Source: an archaeon | GTDB lineage: Archaea > Iainarchaeota > Iainarchaeia > Iainarchaeales > CSSED10-239 | DNA length: 32,000 nt | Direction of reading: 5' to 3' | NCBI GenBank assembly: GCA_035400625.1 | Contig: DAOMZT010000001.1 | Location: 180,001-212,000 of the forward strand | Part shown: positions 1-8,355 of the stretch, piece after piece | Layout: each line of letters opens with the position of its first letter | Numbering within the stretch: the stretch's first letter is position 1 | Notes under the pieces: generated by a model | Seen by the model: only the letters and a program-made list of their open reading frames with translations | Database searches by the model: none | What the model was told of the DNA's origin: nothing | Translations under genes and position numbers: made by a program

Positions 1-63
1 TGGCTTCTTTTCTACCAATTGCTTTGGCTTTGGTCTAATTCTTATTGCTTGCCTCTTTATCAT
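1..63 (-). CDS. N-terminal fragment of an unidentified gene continuing past the window edge
   Basis: Minus-strand ATG at 61-63, 13 nt after the DUF424 stop. The frame stays open to position 1 (MIKRQAIRIRPKPKQLVEKKP...). Too short to name. Confidence 0.3.
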   Translation of the reverse strand, partial: MIKRQAIRIRPKPKQLVEKKP

Positions 64-76
64 AAATTCTCTTTTT

Positions 77-367
77 CTATATCTTGTAAATTTGCGTGTG
101 TGCGATCTTGTCTATGTGAATTATTTGACCTTTGGTGATTATCTTTTTCTTTAATAAGATATCACAAGCACGGTTTCCAAAAACATTTGCACAATCGCAA
201 TTGTTGATTTGCTCTAGGAAGCCTTTTTCAGTGATTTTTTCTGAACCATAAAATGATTTAGAAAGATGTATTTCTATTTCTCCGTGTTTAAGTGTTTTGT
301 CCATTAACTCCTTATCGCAACAAGCAAATATTATTTTGCCATTCTGATTATGCACCTTTCCTATCAT
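77..367 (-). CDS. DUF424-family small archaeal protein
   Basis: 96 aa with an ATG start and GGAG about 8 nt upstream. The pattern ACCDKEL...FYG...NVFG...IAHTQ fits my recollection of DUF424, which commonly neighbours aIF2-beta in archaea. Confidence 0.6.
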   Translation of the reverse strand: MIGKVHNQNGKIIFACCDKELMDKTLKHGEIEIHLSKSFYGSEKITEKGFLEQINNCDCANVFGNRACDILLKKKIITKGQIIHIDKIAHTQIYKI

Positions 368-381
368 TGTTTAACTCCAAT

Positions 382-837
382 CTATAGTTTTGGCAATGGA
401 CTAACTGCACCACACGCAGTACATCTTAAAACCTTTATGTTGTTTTTGGTTACGATCTCTGTGTCTGGTTTTTTACATGCAGAACACAAGACATAGATAT
501 TTATGAACTTATCAAGTATTTGGTTTATCTTATTATAATCAAAAGTGCCATTTAAAACTAAAGAGGTATTATTAACAATAGTTGAAGAGGTGCTAATCTC
601 TTTCATAACAAATTTGTAAAGAAGGTTAGTGTCTCTATTTAGGTCTTTAGAAACCTTAACAAAATTCTTCCATATTGTCTGCTTACCCTGAATGATTGAT
701 TGAGCTGTTGGAATTTCAAATCTTTTATGCTCTTTGGCTTTTGAAGGTAGAGACATATATAGCCTATCAAGTAATTTGTTGTAATTTAAATCAATATCAG
801 TTGTTGTTTTTTCAATGTCTTTTTTTGTCTTTGCCAT
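382..837 (-). CDS. eif2b: translation initiation factor aIF-2 beta subunit
   Basis: 151 aa with a C-terminal C4 zinc ribbon (CSACKKPDT...CTACG) and typical size and architecture. TATA-like ctttataaaagc (minus sense) lies about 25 nt upstream of the ATG. Confidence 0.85.
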   Translation of the reverse strand: MAKTKKDIEKTTTDIDLNYNKLLDRLYMSLPSKAKEHKRFEIPTAQSIIQGKQTIWKNFVKVSKDLNRDTNLLYKFVMKEISTSSTIVNNTSLVLNGTFDYNKINQILDKFINIYVLCSACKKPDTEIVTKNNIKVLRCTACGAVSPLPKL

Positions 838-880
838 ATATATAATATTGCATAAATGCTTTTATAAAGCTATTTTTGAG

Positions 881-1882
881 CTAGTTAAATAATAAATTAA
901 TTAATAAACCTAAAGCGTATGATACAACTAAAACAGCAAAAGCAATAATCGTATTTTTAATAATTGTTTTTAGAATATTTTCGTTTTGGGCAATAGCTAT
1001 TAATAGATTTAAAAAAATAATTAATAATAAGCCCCAAATAATACTAACAATTATTGCAGAACTTAAAGAAAACAATAAAAACGGAAATATAAAGGACAAG
1101 GCAAAAATCAACTTGCCAATAAAAACATTGATTGCAGATTTAAGTGCTTGTTTTTTTGTTGTTCCTCTTTCTGAAATCTTTAAAGAATAAACACCTAAAG
1201 AATCAGATAAAGAATCTGCTATAGCAATACTTAAGATACCGCCAATCACAGCTAGCCTTGAAGCAGTAGCGCCCATTAACCCTACCATCACACCAAGTGT
1301 TGTTAATACTCCAGAAGATATGCCAAATGCAAACTTGCCAAAAACATCATAAAGCTTAGTGAACAAACGATCTATTGGCTTTTGTTTTTTAAGTAGCATA
1401 TCAAAGTAAGTTTGCTTTATTGGTTTTGATGTAATCTTTAATTTAGAGATTAAGGCATTCATTTCTCTTAATTTTGACTTGTCCAAAATTACAAACCCAA
1501 TAAATTTGCCTAAACCTTCAACATCATCAATATTGATAATTACAGAATGGTAAACATAGATGCTTCTTCTCTTATTAATTTGAAGCTCTTCAATATAGTT
1601 TTGGTTTAGATCTTTTACTTTTTTATCTAGAATCTTTCCAGTTATTTTTTGAGAATGTACAAATTCTTCTTTACCTAGGATATGCCGGTGGCTGTAAATA
1701 ATAGTGTCTGTATTTTTTTCTTTTCTAACTCTTAGGGTTTCGTTCGTTTTTTTGTGCTTGTAATATTTGTCTTCTTGAACAATTACCCCAATCTTCTTTG
1801 CACCAATGGCTAATAACTTGCTTCCAGAGATATTCTGCTTAAATGTTTTTGTAAATTCGTTAAATCCAGAGTTTTCTAACAT
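881..1882 (-). CDS. CYTH-like N-terminal domain fused to a VIT1/CCC1-family membrane domain
   Basis: N-terminal half: LRVRKEK...KRRSIYVYHSVIINIDDVEGLGKF resembles the CyaB/ThTPase (CYTH) fold core, but no N-terminal ExExK is evident. C-terminal half: FGISSGVLTTLGVMVGL...SIAIADSLSDSLG plus 3-4 further TM helices is typical of VIT1/CCC1 (DUF125). ATG start confirmed. Confidence 0.6.
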   Translation of the reverse strand: MLENSGFNEFTKTFKQNISGSKLLAIGAKKIGVIVQEDKYYKHKKTNETLRVRKEKNTDTIIYSHRHILGKEEFVHSQKITGKILDKKVKDLNQNYIEELQINKRRSIYVYHSVIINIDDVEGLGKFIGFVILDKSKLREMNALISKLKITSKPIKQTYFDMLLKKQKPIDRLFTKLYDVFGKFAFGISSGVLTTLGVMVGLMGATASRLAVIGGILSIAIADSLSDSLGVYSLKISERGTTKKQALKSAINVFIGKLIFALSFIFPFLLFSLSSAIIVSIIWGLLLIIFLNLLIAIAQNENILKTIIKNTIIAFAVLVVSYALGLLINLLFN

Positions 1883-1965
1883 ATATGCTCAAATTTAATA
1901 CTATATTTACTAACGATTAACTTTTAAAGTATTTAGTTCTCATAATTATATAGTGGTTTGATAAA

Positions 1966-2364
1966 ATGGCTAAAAAGAAAAAATCAGATAAACATTTAAG
2001 TTCGGATTTGTTTAAGCCAGGAAAAGTTACTATCTATGTTTATGTAATTGTTATTTGCCTTATTATTGGATTTGTAGCATTAAGTTTTGTTTCTAGCTTA
2101 AACAAAACAGACAAATACAAGACACAAGCAATTGAGGATTGTGTTGCTCTTTGTAATGAAAGGCTTGTTAAAAATGACTTGCCATCTACAGGGCCTTGCC
2201 TTTCTGAATCTATTGCTCCTGGCTGGGTTTGTGATTCTGTAAGCACTCCAAGAAACAAATATGTAGATGATCTTAAAGAAAACCAATGTGAGTCCTATCT
2301 CTCAGGAATAAACAAAAGGTTTGTAGAAGTTAGCACTAATTGTGAGTTTCTAAAGACAAACTAA
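1966..2364 (+). CDS. small membrane-anchored Cys-rich protein, unknown function
   Basis: 132 aa with a basic N-terminus, one TM helix (VTIYVYVIVICLIIGFVALSFV) and an ectodomain with 6 Cys. Its 3' end overlaps the convergent presenilin-like gene by 15 nt. Confidence 0.45.
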   Translation: MAKKKKSDKHLSSDLFKPGKVTIYVYVIVICLIIGFVALSFVSSLNKTDKYKTQAIEDCVALCNERLVKNDLPSTGPCLSESIAPGWVCDSVSTPRNKYVDDLKENQCESYLSGINKRFVEVSTNCEFLKTN

Positions 2365-3198
2365 TGTTATAACAATCACTACTAGCATCAGTGCAACCTG
2401 TATTGGCAGAGCAGGAAGTGCCTTTATTTTTGCCTTGTATTTGTCTAAGATATAGAAGGTCAAAAACAACCCAACAATTGAAGCAATCCAGATTCCAGAA
2501 ATTGGAATTAATATTTGTAATAATGAATATTTCTTAATTAATAAAGCCAAAAGACTAGAAGAAACAAGGGCAGGGACAACAAGATCTCCGCCACCAAGCT
2601 TATATTCTCTTTTTTTTGTTGGAATCAAAAACAACAATGATATTTTTTTCTTAATAATCATGTCTGCAAGAGTAATCATGTGCTTTGTAAAAAACACAGC
2701 GACAATATCATAGATTGCAAGAAGTATTAACAAAACAATTACAGGGATAATGCCTAGGCTTATGCCAATAATTGCACCAGCACCAGCAATAGCCATTGCC
2801 AAGATAATGTTGTTATACCATTTTGTGTAAATTGTTTCTTTTTTAAAGGAATATTTTATTAATAACAAAACCATAGTTGCTAGATATGCAAGAATTGTAG
2901 GCAAAAACATTGAAAAGATCAAAGACACTCCACCAAACAAAGCTAAAGCCTCAATCACTACCAGGTAATTTTGCCTTTTGAATATTTTTCTTAAAACAAT
3001 AATGATTACAGAAAATAAAATTATGTAGCCGACAATAAAAAAAGCATTCCAAACACTATTTGGATCTTTATCAACAAGTGTTAATTGCAGGTCTTGAGGA
3101 AGATAACTGATAGTCACAAAAATCGCAATCACTTGAACTAGAAAAAACAAAAACAAAAACGAAAGTAAAAATTTTCTATCCTTTAAAGCACTGTACAT
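2350..3198 (-). CDS. presenilin / signal-peptide-peptidase-type intramembrane aspartyl protease (A22 family homologue)
   Basis: Polytopic membrane protein carrying all three signature motifs in order: YD (LLAIYDIVAVF), GxGD (KLGGGDLVVPAL) and PAL (KALPALPIQ). The ORF-track start at 3225 is TTG and overlaps mcm. The first ATG, at 3198, lies 7 nt after the mcm stop. Confidence 0.8.
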   Translation of the reverse strand: MYSALKDRKFLLSFLFLFFLVQVIAIFVTISYLPQDLQLTLVDKDPNSVWNAFFIVGYIILFSVIIIVLRKIFKRQNYLVVIEALALFGGVSLIFSMFLPTILAYLATMVLLLIKYSFKKETIYTKWYNNIILAMAIAGAGAIIGISLGIIPVIVLLILLAIYDIVAVFFTKHMITLADMIIKKKISLLFLIPTKKREYKLGGGDLVVPALVSSSLLALLIKKYSLLQILIPISGIWIASIVGLFLTFYILDKYKAKIKALPALPIQVALMLVVIVITLVCL

Positions 3199-3205
3199 TT
3201 TTTTA

Positions 3206-5335
3206 TCACATTGGCTGTTGTTCAACTGGCTTAATCAGGCCAGATTTTGGCTCATAAAGCTCTCCTGATTTCTTTAATTTTAAGATGGCGTCCATTAACT
3301 TATCTCTGCTTATGTTTTGTTTTTCCATAGTCTCTGAGATTTCTGCTATTGTTACTGCTTTGCCATCTACAGTCATATCTTTAATTATGTTTAGAACCCT
3401 TTTTATAAATTGCCTTTCGCTTGTTGAGGTGCCTGTTGTTATAATGTCTATATCAATCTTTCCTGTTTCCATATCTACTGCTGTTTGCTCAAGAGAAATC
3501 TTAAAGATATTTATTGCTCTTTGTGCATCTTCAAGCTCTATTGTTGATTTTAAACGAACCTTTGCACTTGCCTCTGATAACCTTATAAGACCCTCAAGCT
3601 GTCTTGGGGTTGCTGCAAAGCTTTCTGATTTTCTGCCTAGGTCTCTCAAGTCAATATAGTAGTTTAGAATCTTTTCTGAAGCCTCTTTACTTAACTTTGG
3701 TCTAATATACTGACGAGCATATGCTACATATTTCTTGAAAATATTAGAATCTATTTTTGGAAGAACTGTGTCTTGGATTTTTTCCATTTCTTCCTTTGTT
3801 AGTTCGGTGTTTGGTTCAGAAAGTTTTTGAGCAGCCTCTTGAACATCTATTATGTGTCTTCCAAGCTCTATGTCAAGAGTTCTGTTTAGAACATCTCTAA
3901 TAATAAAATACAAATCAAATCTTGAAAGAAGAGAAAATGGCAAATCTATCTGCTCTATTGGATTCTTGAACTTATCAAATCTATTGAACTTTGGGTTTGC
4001 TGCTGCAAGAATAGAAGTATCTGCTCTAAACTTAGCATATAGTCCTGCTTTGGAAACAGAAACTGTTGCTTGGGCCATAGCTTCGTGAAGAGTGCTTCTG
4101 TCTTCATTATCCATCTTGTCAAACTCATCAATCATTGCTATTCCGCCAGAAGCTAAAACAACAGCACCGGCTTTTAGAGTCCAACCACCTTCGCCAAAGT
4201 CATCTTTAACAGCAGAAACTGTCAGACCTGCACCAGATGCACTTTTTCCAGAGACAAATATTGACTTTGGGGCAATAGTTGCTGCGTTTCTTAAAAGTTC
4301 GGACTTACCTGTAGATGGGTCACCGACTAGAAGAATATGGATGTTGCCTCTAAAGTCCTGTTTTTGAACTTTCTTTTTTACACCACCAAACATCTGGAGA
4401 GTAATTGCTTGTTTAACAATATCGTGACCATAGATCTTTGGGGCAATTGATTGAGCAAGTAACTCATAGATATCCTCTTTTTTGGCAAGCTGTTTAATCT
4501 CTTCAATCTCATCAGGAGTAATGTCAAGCTCTTCAAATTCCTGATCTACTTTTTCTAGGTGGTTTGCTATCATGTACTTATTAAACATGTTTGAATCTTT
4601 CTGTGGCTTTAGTTTTACAACGCCTGTTACAATTACCTTGTCACCAGCAGAACAAGAATTTACAAGATCATCAGAAATAAAAACCTCAACATGATTTGCT
4701 TGTTCACTGCCTTTTAAGTTTTCTATAGGTTCTTGAATTTCAAGCTTTTGGTAATCTATAAATTTGCTTTGTTCAAGGTCTAAATCAAACTCTCTAGATT
4801 TGCAGTCACACACTACTGGTTTTGTTAGAGTTTGAGATGTTTGTTTAATGTTATAAGAATTTTGACATTTTCTACAAATGAAATGGGCGTCTGTCATTTT
4901 TTGTAGCCTTTCAGTAATCTGTCTTATCATGCCTTCTGCAGACACCAAACAAGTAAGGTGCTTAGAGCCGATATCTCTAATATCTACTCTGTATTCTTCA
5001 GGGAGATTAAAGAACCTTATGTGTGGCTCAAACTTTTGATCTGTTTGCTCAAGAATTCCAACATCTATTCTTCTTAGAGCAACTGTTGCTGCTTCAATTA
5101 TTATGTTTGGGTTTTCTATCAATCTTTCTGAGATATTAAGATCATAGGCTTCTAGTTTTTTATAATCAATGTCTAGGCTTTTTTTTTCAGGATAGTTTGA
5201 TGCTAAAATTTCTATTTCTTTTTTATAGACTGCTTCTAAAAAATCAGTAAATATCGATATATATTCATCTAGAGCCAAGTTTGTTTTGCCATTTTGGCTT
5301 TCGTCAAATTCTTCTTCAAAATCAAACTCTGTCAT
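3206..5335 (-). CDS. mcm: MCM replicative helicase
   Basis: 709 aa. Zinc motif CRKCQ...CDCK, Walker A GDPSTGKS, Walker B IDEFDKM, arginine finger SRFDL. No intein. ATG preceded by aGGGGAtt. Confidence 0.95.
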   Translation of the reverse strand: MTEFDFEEEFDESQNGKTNLALDEYISIFTDFLEAVYKKEIEILASNYPEKKSLDIDYKKLEAYDLNISERLIENPNIIIEAATVALRRIDVGILEQTDQKFEPHIRFFNLPEEYRVDIRDIGSKHLTCLVSAEGMIRQITERLQKMTDAHFICRKCQNSYNIKQTSQTLTKPVVCDCKSREFDLDLEQSKFIDYQKLEIQEPIENLKGSEQANHVEVFISDDLVNSCSAGDKVIVTGVVKLKPQKDSNMFNKYMIANHLEKVDQEFEELDITPDEIEEIKQLAKKEDIYELLAQSIAPKIYGHDIVKQAITLQMFGGVKKKVQKQDFRGNIHILLVGDPSTGKSELLRNAATIAPKSIFVSGKSASGAGLTVSAVKDDFGEGGWTLKAGAVVLASGGIAMIDEFDKMDNEDRSTLHEAMAQATVSVSKAGLYAKFRADTSILAAANPKFNRFDKFKNPIEQIDLPFSLLSRFDLYFIIRDVLNRTLDIELGRHIIDVQEAAQKLSEPNTELTKEEMEKIQDTVLPKIDSNIFKKYVAYARQYIRPKLSKEASEKILNYYIDLRDLGRKSESFAATPRQLEGLIRLSEASAKVRLKSTIELEDAQRAINIFKISLEQTAVDMETGKIDIDIITTGTSTSERQFIKRVLNIIKDMTVDGKAVTIAEISETMEKQNISRDKLMDAILKLKKSGELYEPKSGLIKPVEQQPM

Positions 5336-5345
5336 AAATTAATCC

Positions 5346-5362
5346 CCTAATATTATATTAGG
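5346..5362. promoter_or_regulatory. perfect 8+1+8 palindrome (cctaatat-t-atattagg) in the mcm 5' leader
   Basis: Read directly. It lies between the TATA-like box (5372-5378) and the mcm ATG (5335), and touches the SD-like GGGGA. Confidence 0.4.
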
Positions 5363-5371
5363 TCAAATTCG

Positions 5372-5392
5372 TTATATGCCTGCCTAGTTAGG
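5372..5392 (-). promoter_or_regulatory. mcm promoter: TATA-like box preceded (minus sense) by CCTAACTAGGCAGG
   Basis: Minus sense reads cctaactaggcagg-catataa about 40 nt upstream of the ATG. The same upstream motif recurs at 22585-22601 and 23641-23654. Confidence 0.45.
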
Positions 5393-5457
5393 AAATACCC
5401 GCCATTTTGCATAAAAACCCACAAAAACAATACAGGAAGTGAGGGGGAAACATAAAA

Positions 5458-6438
5458 TCATCTGGGCTTAGAAGACATTCTTCTGTATGTTTCTTTCATT
5501 CTTTTTATTCCAGGAACAACGACCTTGACTTTTCCCTTTGTTTTTTTCCCTTTTATTAATTTTCTTTTAGCATAAACCTCATCTAAGTGTCTTTCTAGTT
5601 CTGTTTTTACAAGTTTTTTCAAAAACCGCTCTTTATCTTTTGACATCCAAAAAGGTTTTTCTATTTCTGCTGGTGTTCCAAAATGAATTCCGTTTTTGGT
5701 TTTTATTGCATAAATTTCTAAAGTTATTGGGTCAATTGCCAATTCTAGATACCCTTTTCCTAAATTCATCTTTTGTGATCTTAGTTCTTTATTTTCTCGT
5801 TTTGTTAATATATTATTTTCTGGTGAGCCAACCTGAGACTTAAAAAACATTCTTCTTACTGTTCCATCGGGCATAGTGACTTTTGCTGTTGTTATTGTAC
5901 CTGATCTTATTGCTCTTACAAAACCATCATAGGTTTCATTACATTTTTTATTAAATTCTATTATGTGGGGTTCTCTTGGAATTGTATTAGTGTGTAATGA
6001 TTTTAATGTGGGTATTACAGACCTGTGTAGTTTGTCACTTGCATAAGATTTGCTTAATTTTTTTAAGTTTATTAAAAAGACAGAAAACTTATTTGCTAGT
6101 TCAATATTAGAATATTTGTCAGAAAGCCTGACTAAAGAAGACACGATTTCTTTTTTTTCAGGGTGTGGACATTGACTTAAATATTTTAATAAAGGAATAT
6201 CAAAAAATCCTCTGATATTGAACTTTTTTCCAAAAATTTTTATTTTTGATCTATCTATTCTAGAAGAATGATAGAAATCAAAAAAATCTTCTAAGAAAAC
6301 TATTGATTTTTTTGCTAATTTTTGTTGTTCTTCGTTGTAGAAAATAATTGTTCTTTTGTTGTTTTTTTCAATTATGTTGATTGTTTGTGGTGATACCCTA
6401 AATGGTAATGAAGAATCGTAAATTAATTCTGTTTTCAT
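5458..6438 (-). CDS. hypothetical protein with a basic C-terminal tail, translationally coupled to rpa
   Basis: 326 aa. The ATG at 6438 lies only 3 nt after the rpa stop (6442-6444). I recognise no motif. The C-terminus is Lys/Arg-rich (KGKKTKGKVKVVVPGIKRMKETYRRMSSKPR). Confidence 0.6.
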   Translation of the reverse strand: MKTELIYDSSLPFRVSPQTINIIEKNNKRTIIFYNEEQQKLAKKSIVFLEDFFDFYHSSRIDRSKIKIFGKKFNIRGFFDIPLLKYLSQCPHPEKKEIVSSLVRLSDKYSNIELANKFSVFLINLKKLSKSYASDKLHRSVIPTLKSLHTNTIPREPHIIEFNKKCNETYDGFVRAIRSGTITTAKVTMPDGTVRRMFFKSQVGSPENNILTKRENKELRSQKMNLGKGYLELAIDPITLEIYAIKTKNGIHFGTPAEIEKPFWMSKDKERFLKKLVKTELERHLDEVYAKRKLIKGKKTKGKVKVVVPGIKRMKETYRRMSSKPR

Positions 6439-6441
6439 ATC

Positions 6442-7761
6442 TTACTCTATCTCAAAAGTGCTTGCCATAAACTCTAGTTGGTTTGAAAAATCATTTATCT
6501 TTGCTTTTCCTGTAACAGTGGCCTTCTTACCTAAAAGCTTACTTTCTGCCTTAGAAAATATCTTTTCTTTCTCTTCTGGTGTCAGGTCTTTTTTTAGATC
6601 TTCTTTTTTAAGATCATAAACGCTTTCTAAAAGCTGGTTGAAAAGACTTACTTTTATTACTCCTGTTGAGTCATCAAGAGTTACTGAAGAAAAGATATTC
6701 ATGTCAGGATCTACTGGCTTGTTACAAGCTTCGCAAATAAACTCGTTATTGATAATAAAGACTTTTTCTCTACATTCTGGGCATTTGAAAGATCTTAAGT
6801 TTCCCTTGTTAATTGAAATTATTGCCCCAGAGATCTTGTAGTTGTTATTGTTTTGAAGAGCACTAATCTTTTCCTCTTTAAAATCATTTGAAACAAGCTC
6901 GCTTAATGGAGGGATCTTTATTTTAGTGTTTGGGTCTTTTGTGACAGTAGAATTCCAATTAATATATAACTCCAGATCATAAAGGCCATCTTTGATTGTA
7001 ACATCAGATAATCTTATTAGGTCGCCTTTTTTTAAATTATTTGAAATCTCTTTTGCCCATGCATCAAAAGCAATACATCTTATAGTCTTTAAGCCATCGC
7101 TTATCTCAAAATTAATAACAAACCTTTCTCTTTCTTCTCTTGTAAATGTCTTTATTGGATAAAGGGCGATGATTCTGCCATAGGTATCAACTGTTCCTTC
7201 TGGTGCAGAATCAATTTCTGAAATCTTAATTACATTTTCTTTAATCTTTTTAATATCTGTTCCTTCTGGGTTTTTAATTACTTGGCCACCTTGTCTTAAG
7301 GATAGCTCTAACTTATCATTATATTGGTTGATTGCTGCATCTTTTATCAGAACCAGATCGTTCTTTTCAAAGCCCTGTTCCTTAACAATTTCTGCCTTGT
7401 CTTGCCATAGATTAAGTTTAATTATTCCTGTTTCATCTTCTAGATAGATTGCTTGGATCTTGCCAAGTCCTCCATCTTTTGACTTGTAGGTTCTAAGAGG
7501 AGGGATAGATTTTATTCTTGCATAAAGAGTAACAGAATCAATGCTTGGGGTAATTTCTGAGATTTTTGTTACAGCACTAGTCTTTTGCTTTAAGTCTAGA
7601 TTAACGCCTAGTTGCTTAGAGAGAAGAATGTTTGCTCCAACATCGCTTAAGAGGCCTTGATATTTTTCTTTTATCTCTTCTAGCTTGGAATTAAGCTCTT
7701 CATCGCTTAAGCCACTTTGGGTTTTAATAATAGAATAAATTTGTTCACTTGTTAGTTGCAT
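6442..7761 (-). CDS. rpa: replication protein A (ssDNA-binding, multi-OB-fold with zinc ribbon)
   Basis: Repeated OB-like segments plus a CPECREKV-x-CEACNKPV C4 zinc ribbon, as in archaeal RPA1-type proteins. The ORF-track start at 7770 is GTG. The ATG at 7761 has GGTGA 5 nt upstream. Confidence 0.8.
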   Translation of the reverse strand: MQLTSEQIYSIIKTQSGLSDEELNSKLEEIKEKYQGLLSDVGANILLSKQLGVNLDLKQKTSAVTKISEITPSIDSVTLYARIKSIPPLRTYKSKDGGLGKIQAIYLEDETGIIKLNLWQDKAEIVKEQGFEKNDLVLIKDAAINQYNDKLELSLRQGGQVIKNPEGTDIKKIKENVIKISEIDSAPEGTVDTYGRIIALYPIKTFTREERERFVINFEISDGLKTIRCIAFDAWAKEISNNLKKGDLIRLSDVTIKDGLYDLELYINWNSTVTKDPNTKIKIPPLSELVSNDFKEEKISALQNNNNYKISGAIISINKGNLRSFKCPECREKVFIINNEFICEACNKPVDPDMNIFSSVTLDDSTGVIKVSLFNQLLESVYDLKKEDLKKDLTPEEKEKIFSKAESKLLGKKATVTGKAKINDFSNQLEFMASTFEIE

Positions 7762-7963
7762 ATTTTTCACCTAATATATATTTAAGACCCCAATATATTA
7801 AAAAGTTACCTTGTTCTAATGCCCTATTATTTTCTTTAGTTTGTTTAAAATAAAACTCTTTTTGTTCATTGGTTTTACATTTATCCATAATTTTTAGGTT
7901 TTTTGCCAAACTAATTTCTCGCATCAATGGTGCGAGTTTTATATATTTGAAAATATTTATTTG

Positions 7964-8030
7964 GCATAAATATATAATGGCCTTAGAAAAGGGGGTTGTT
8001 TTCGGGGGGGTAGGTGTCCAGTGCGAAATT
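7964..8030 (+). repeat. direct repeat copy 1 (G-rich core ccttagaaaagggggttgttttcgggggggtaggtgtccagtgc)
   Basis: Aligns by eye at roughly 85 percent identity with 8617-8682. It ends 1 nt before the toxin stop codon and is preceded by the TATA-like aaatatataa. Confidence 0.8.
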
Positions 8031-8031
8031 G

Positions 8032-8355
8032 TTACAAAAACCCTTTTATCATTTCTTCTAATTTTAAATAAACTTCTTTTCTTTTCGCCTGATTTAAATC
8101 ACAAATATGCATAATTACCATTTCTTTTGGCAAAGTAAAAATAGCGTTTAACTTAATTGTGCTATCATACAATAACCCATCAGCTTTAGTTAATTTTATC
8201 CCTGATGCTTTTTTATTACTTGTAATTGCAGCAAGAATTATATTGCCATATTCAGAAAATAAAACAAGTGCTGGTCTTACTTTAGAACTAGTGTTATCAA
8301 TAAATGGAAAATCAATAAGAACTACTTGCCCGACTTTGGCCTCAATTTTTCCCAT
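8032..8355 (-). CDS. MazF/PemK-family type II toxin (mRNA interferase-like)
   Basis: 107 aa. GQVVLIDFPF...SSKVRPALVLFSE...ILAAITSN matches the PemK/MazF SH3-like fold signature. It lies downstream of, and overlaps, a small antitoxin-like ORF. Confidence 0.75.
   Translation of the reverse strand: MGKIEAKVGQVVLIDFPFIDNTSSKVRPALVLFSEYGNIILAAITSNKKASGIKLTKADGLLYDSTIKLNAIFTLPKEMVIMHICDLNQAKRKEVYLKLEEMIKGFL

Noticed and set aside
3285-4367. Plus-strand ORFs of 78-124 aa (3285-3659, 3852-4088, 4092-4367) inside mcm
   Set aside because: They lie entirely antisense to a gene with unambiguous MCM motifs. Their products are low-complexity (Ser/Leu/Ile-rich) with no start context, so they are shadow ORFs.
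7918-7940. Hairpin ctcgca-tcaatgg-tgcgag followed by tttt on the plus strand as a terminator
   Set aside because: No plus-strand gene ends upstream of it. On the minus strand it lies upstream of rpa and is not followed by a T-run. It is a 6-bp stem that could arise by chance.
5336-7963. Replication origin next to mcm and rpa (also considered for the repeat-rich 11183-11345 insert)
   Set aside because: There is no orc1/cdc6 gene in the window. I saw no set of repeated ORB-like boxes flanking an AT-rich unwinding element. The spacers are short and are explained by promoters. Nothing can be excluded without skew or whole-genome analysis.
7745-8114. Short ORFs 7745-7927 (minus) and 7869-8114 (plus) in the rpa / TA spacer; likewise 14905-15111, 14640-14831, 2040-2286 and 26145-26438
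   Set aside because: They sit in intergenic AT-rich DNA or overlap better-supported genes. They lack ribosome-binding sites and recognisable motifs. 7869-8114 also runs through direct repeat copy 1 and into the toxin gene.
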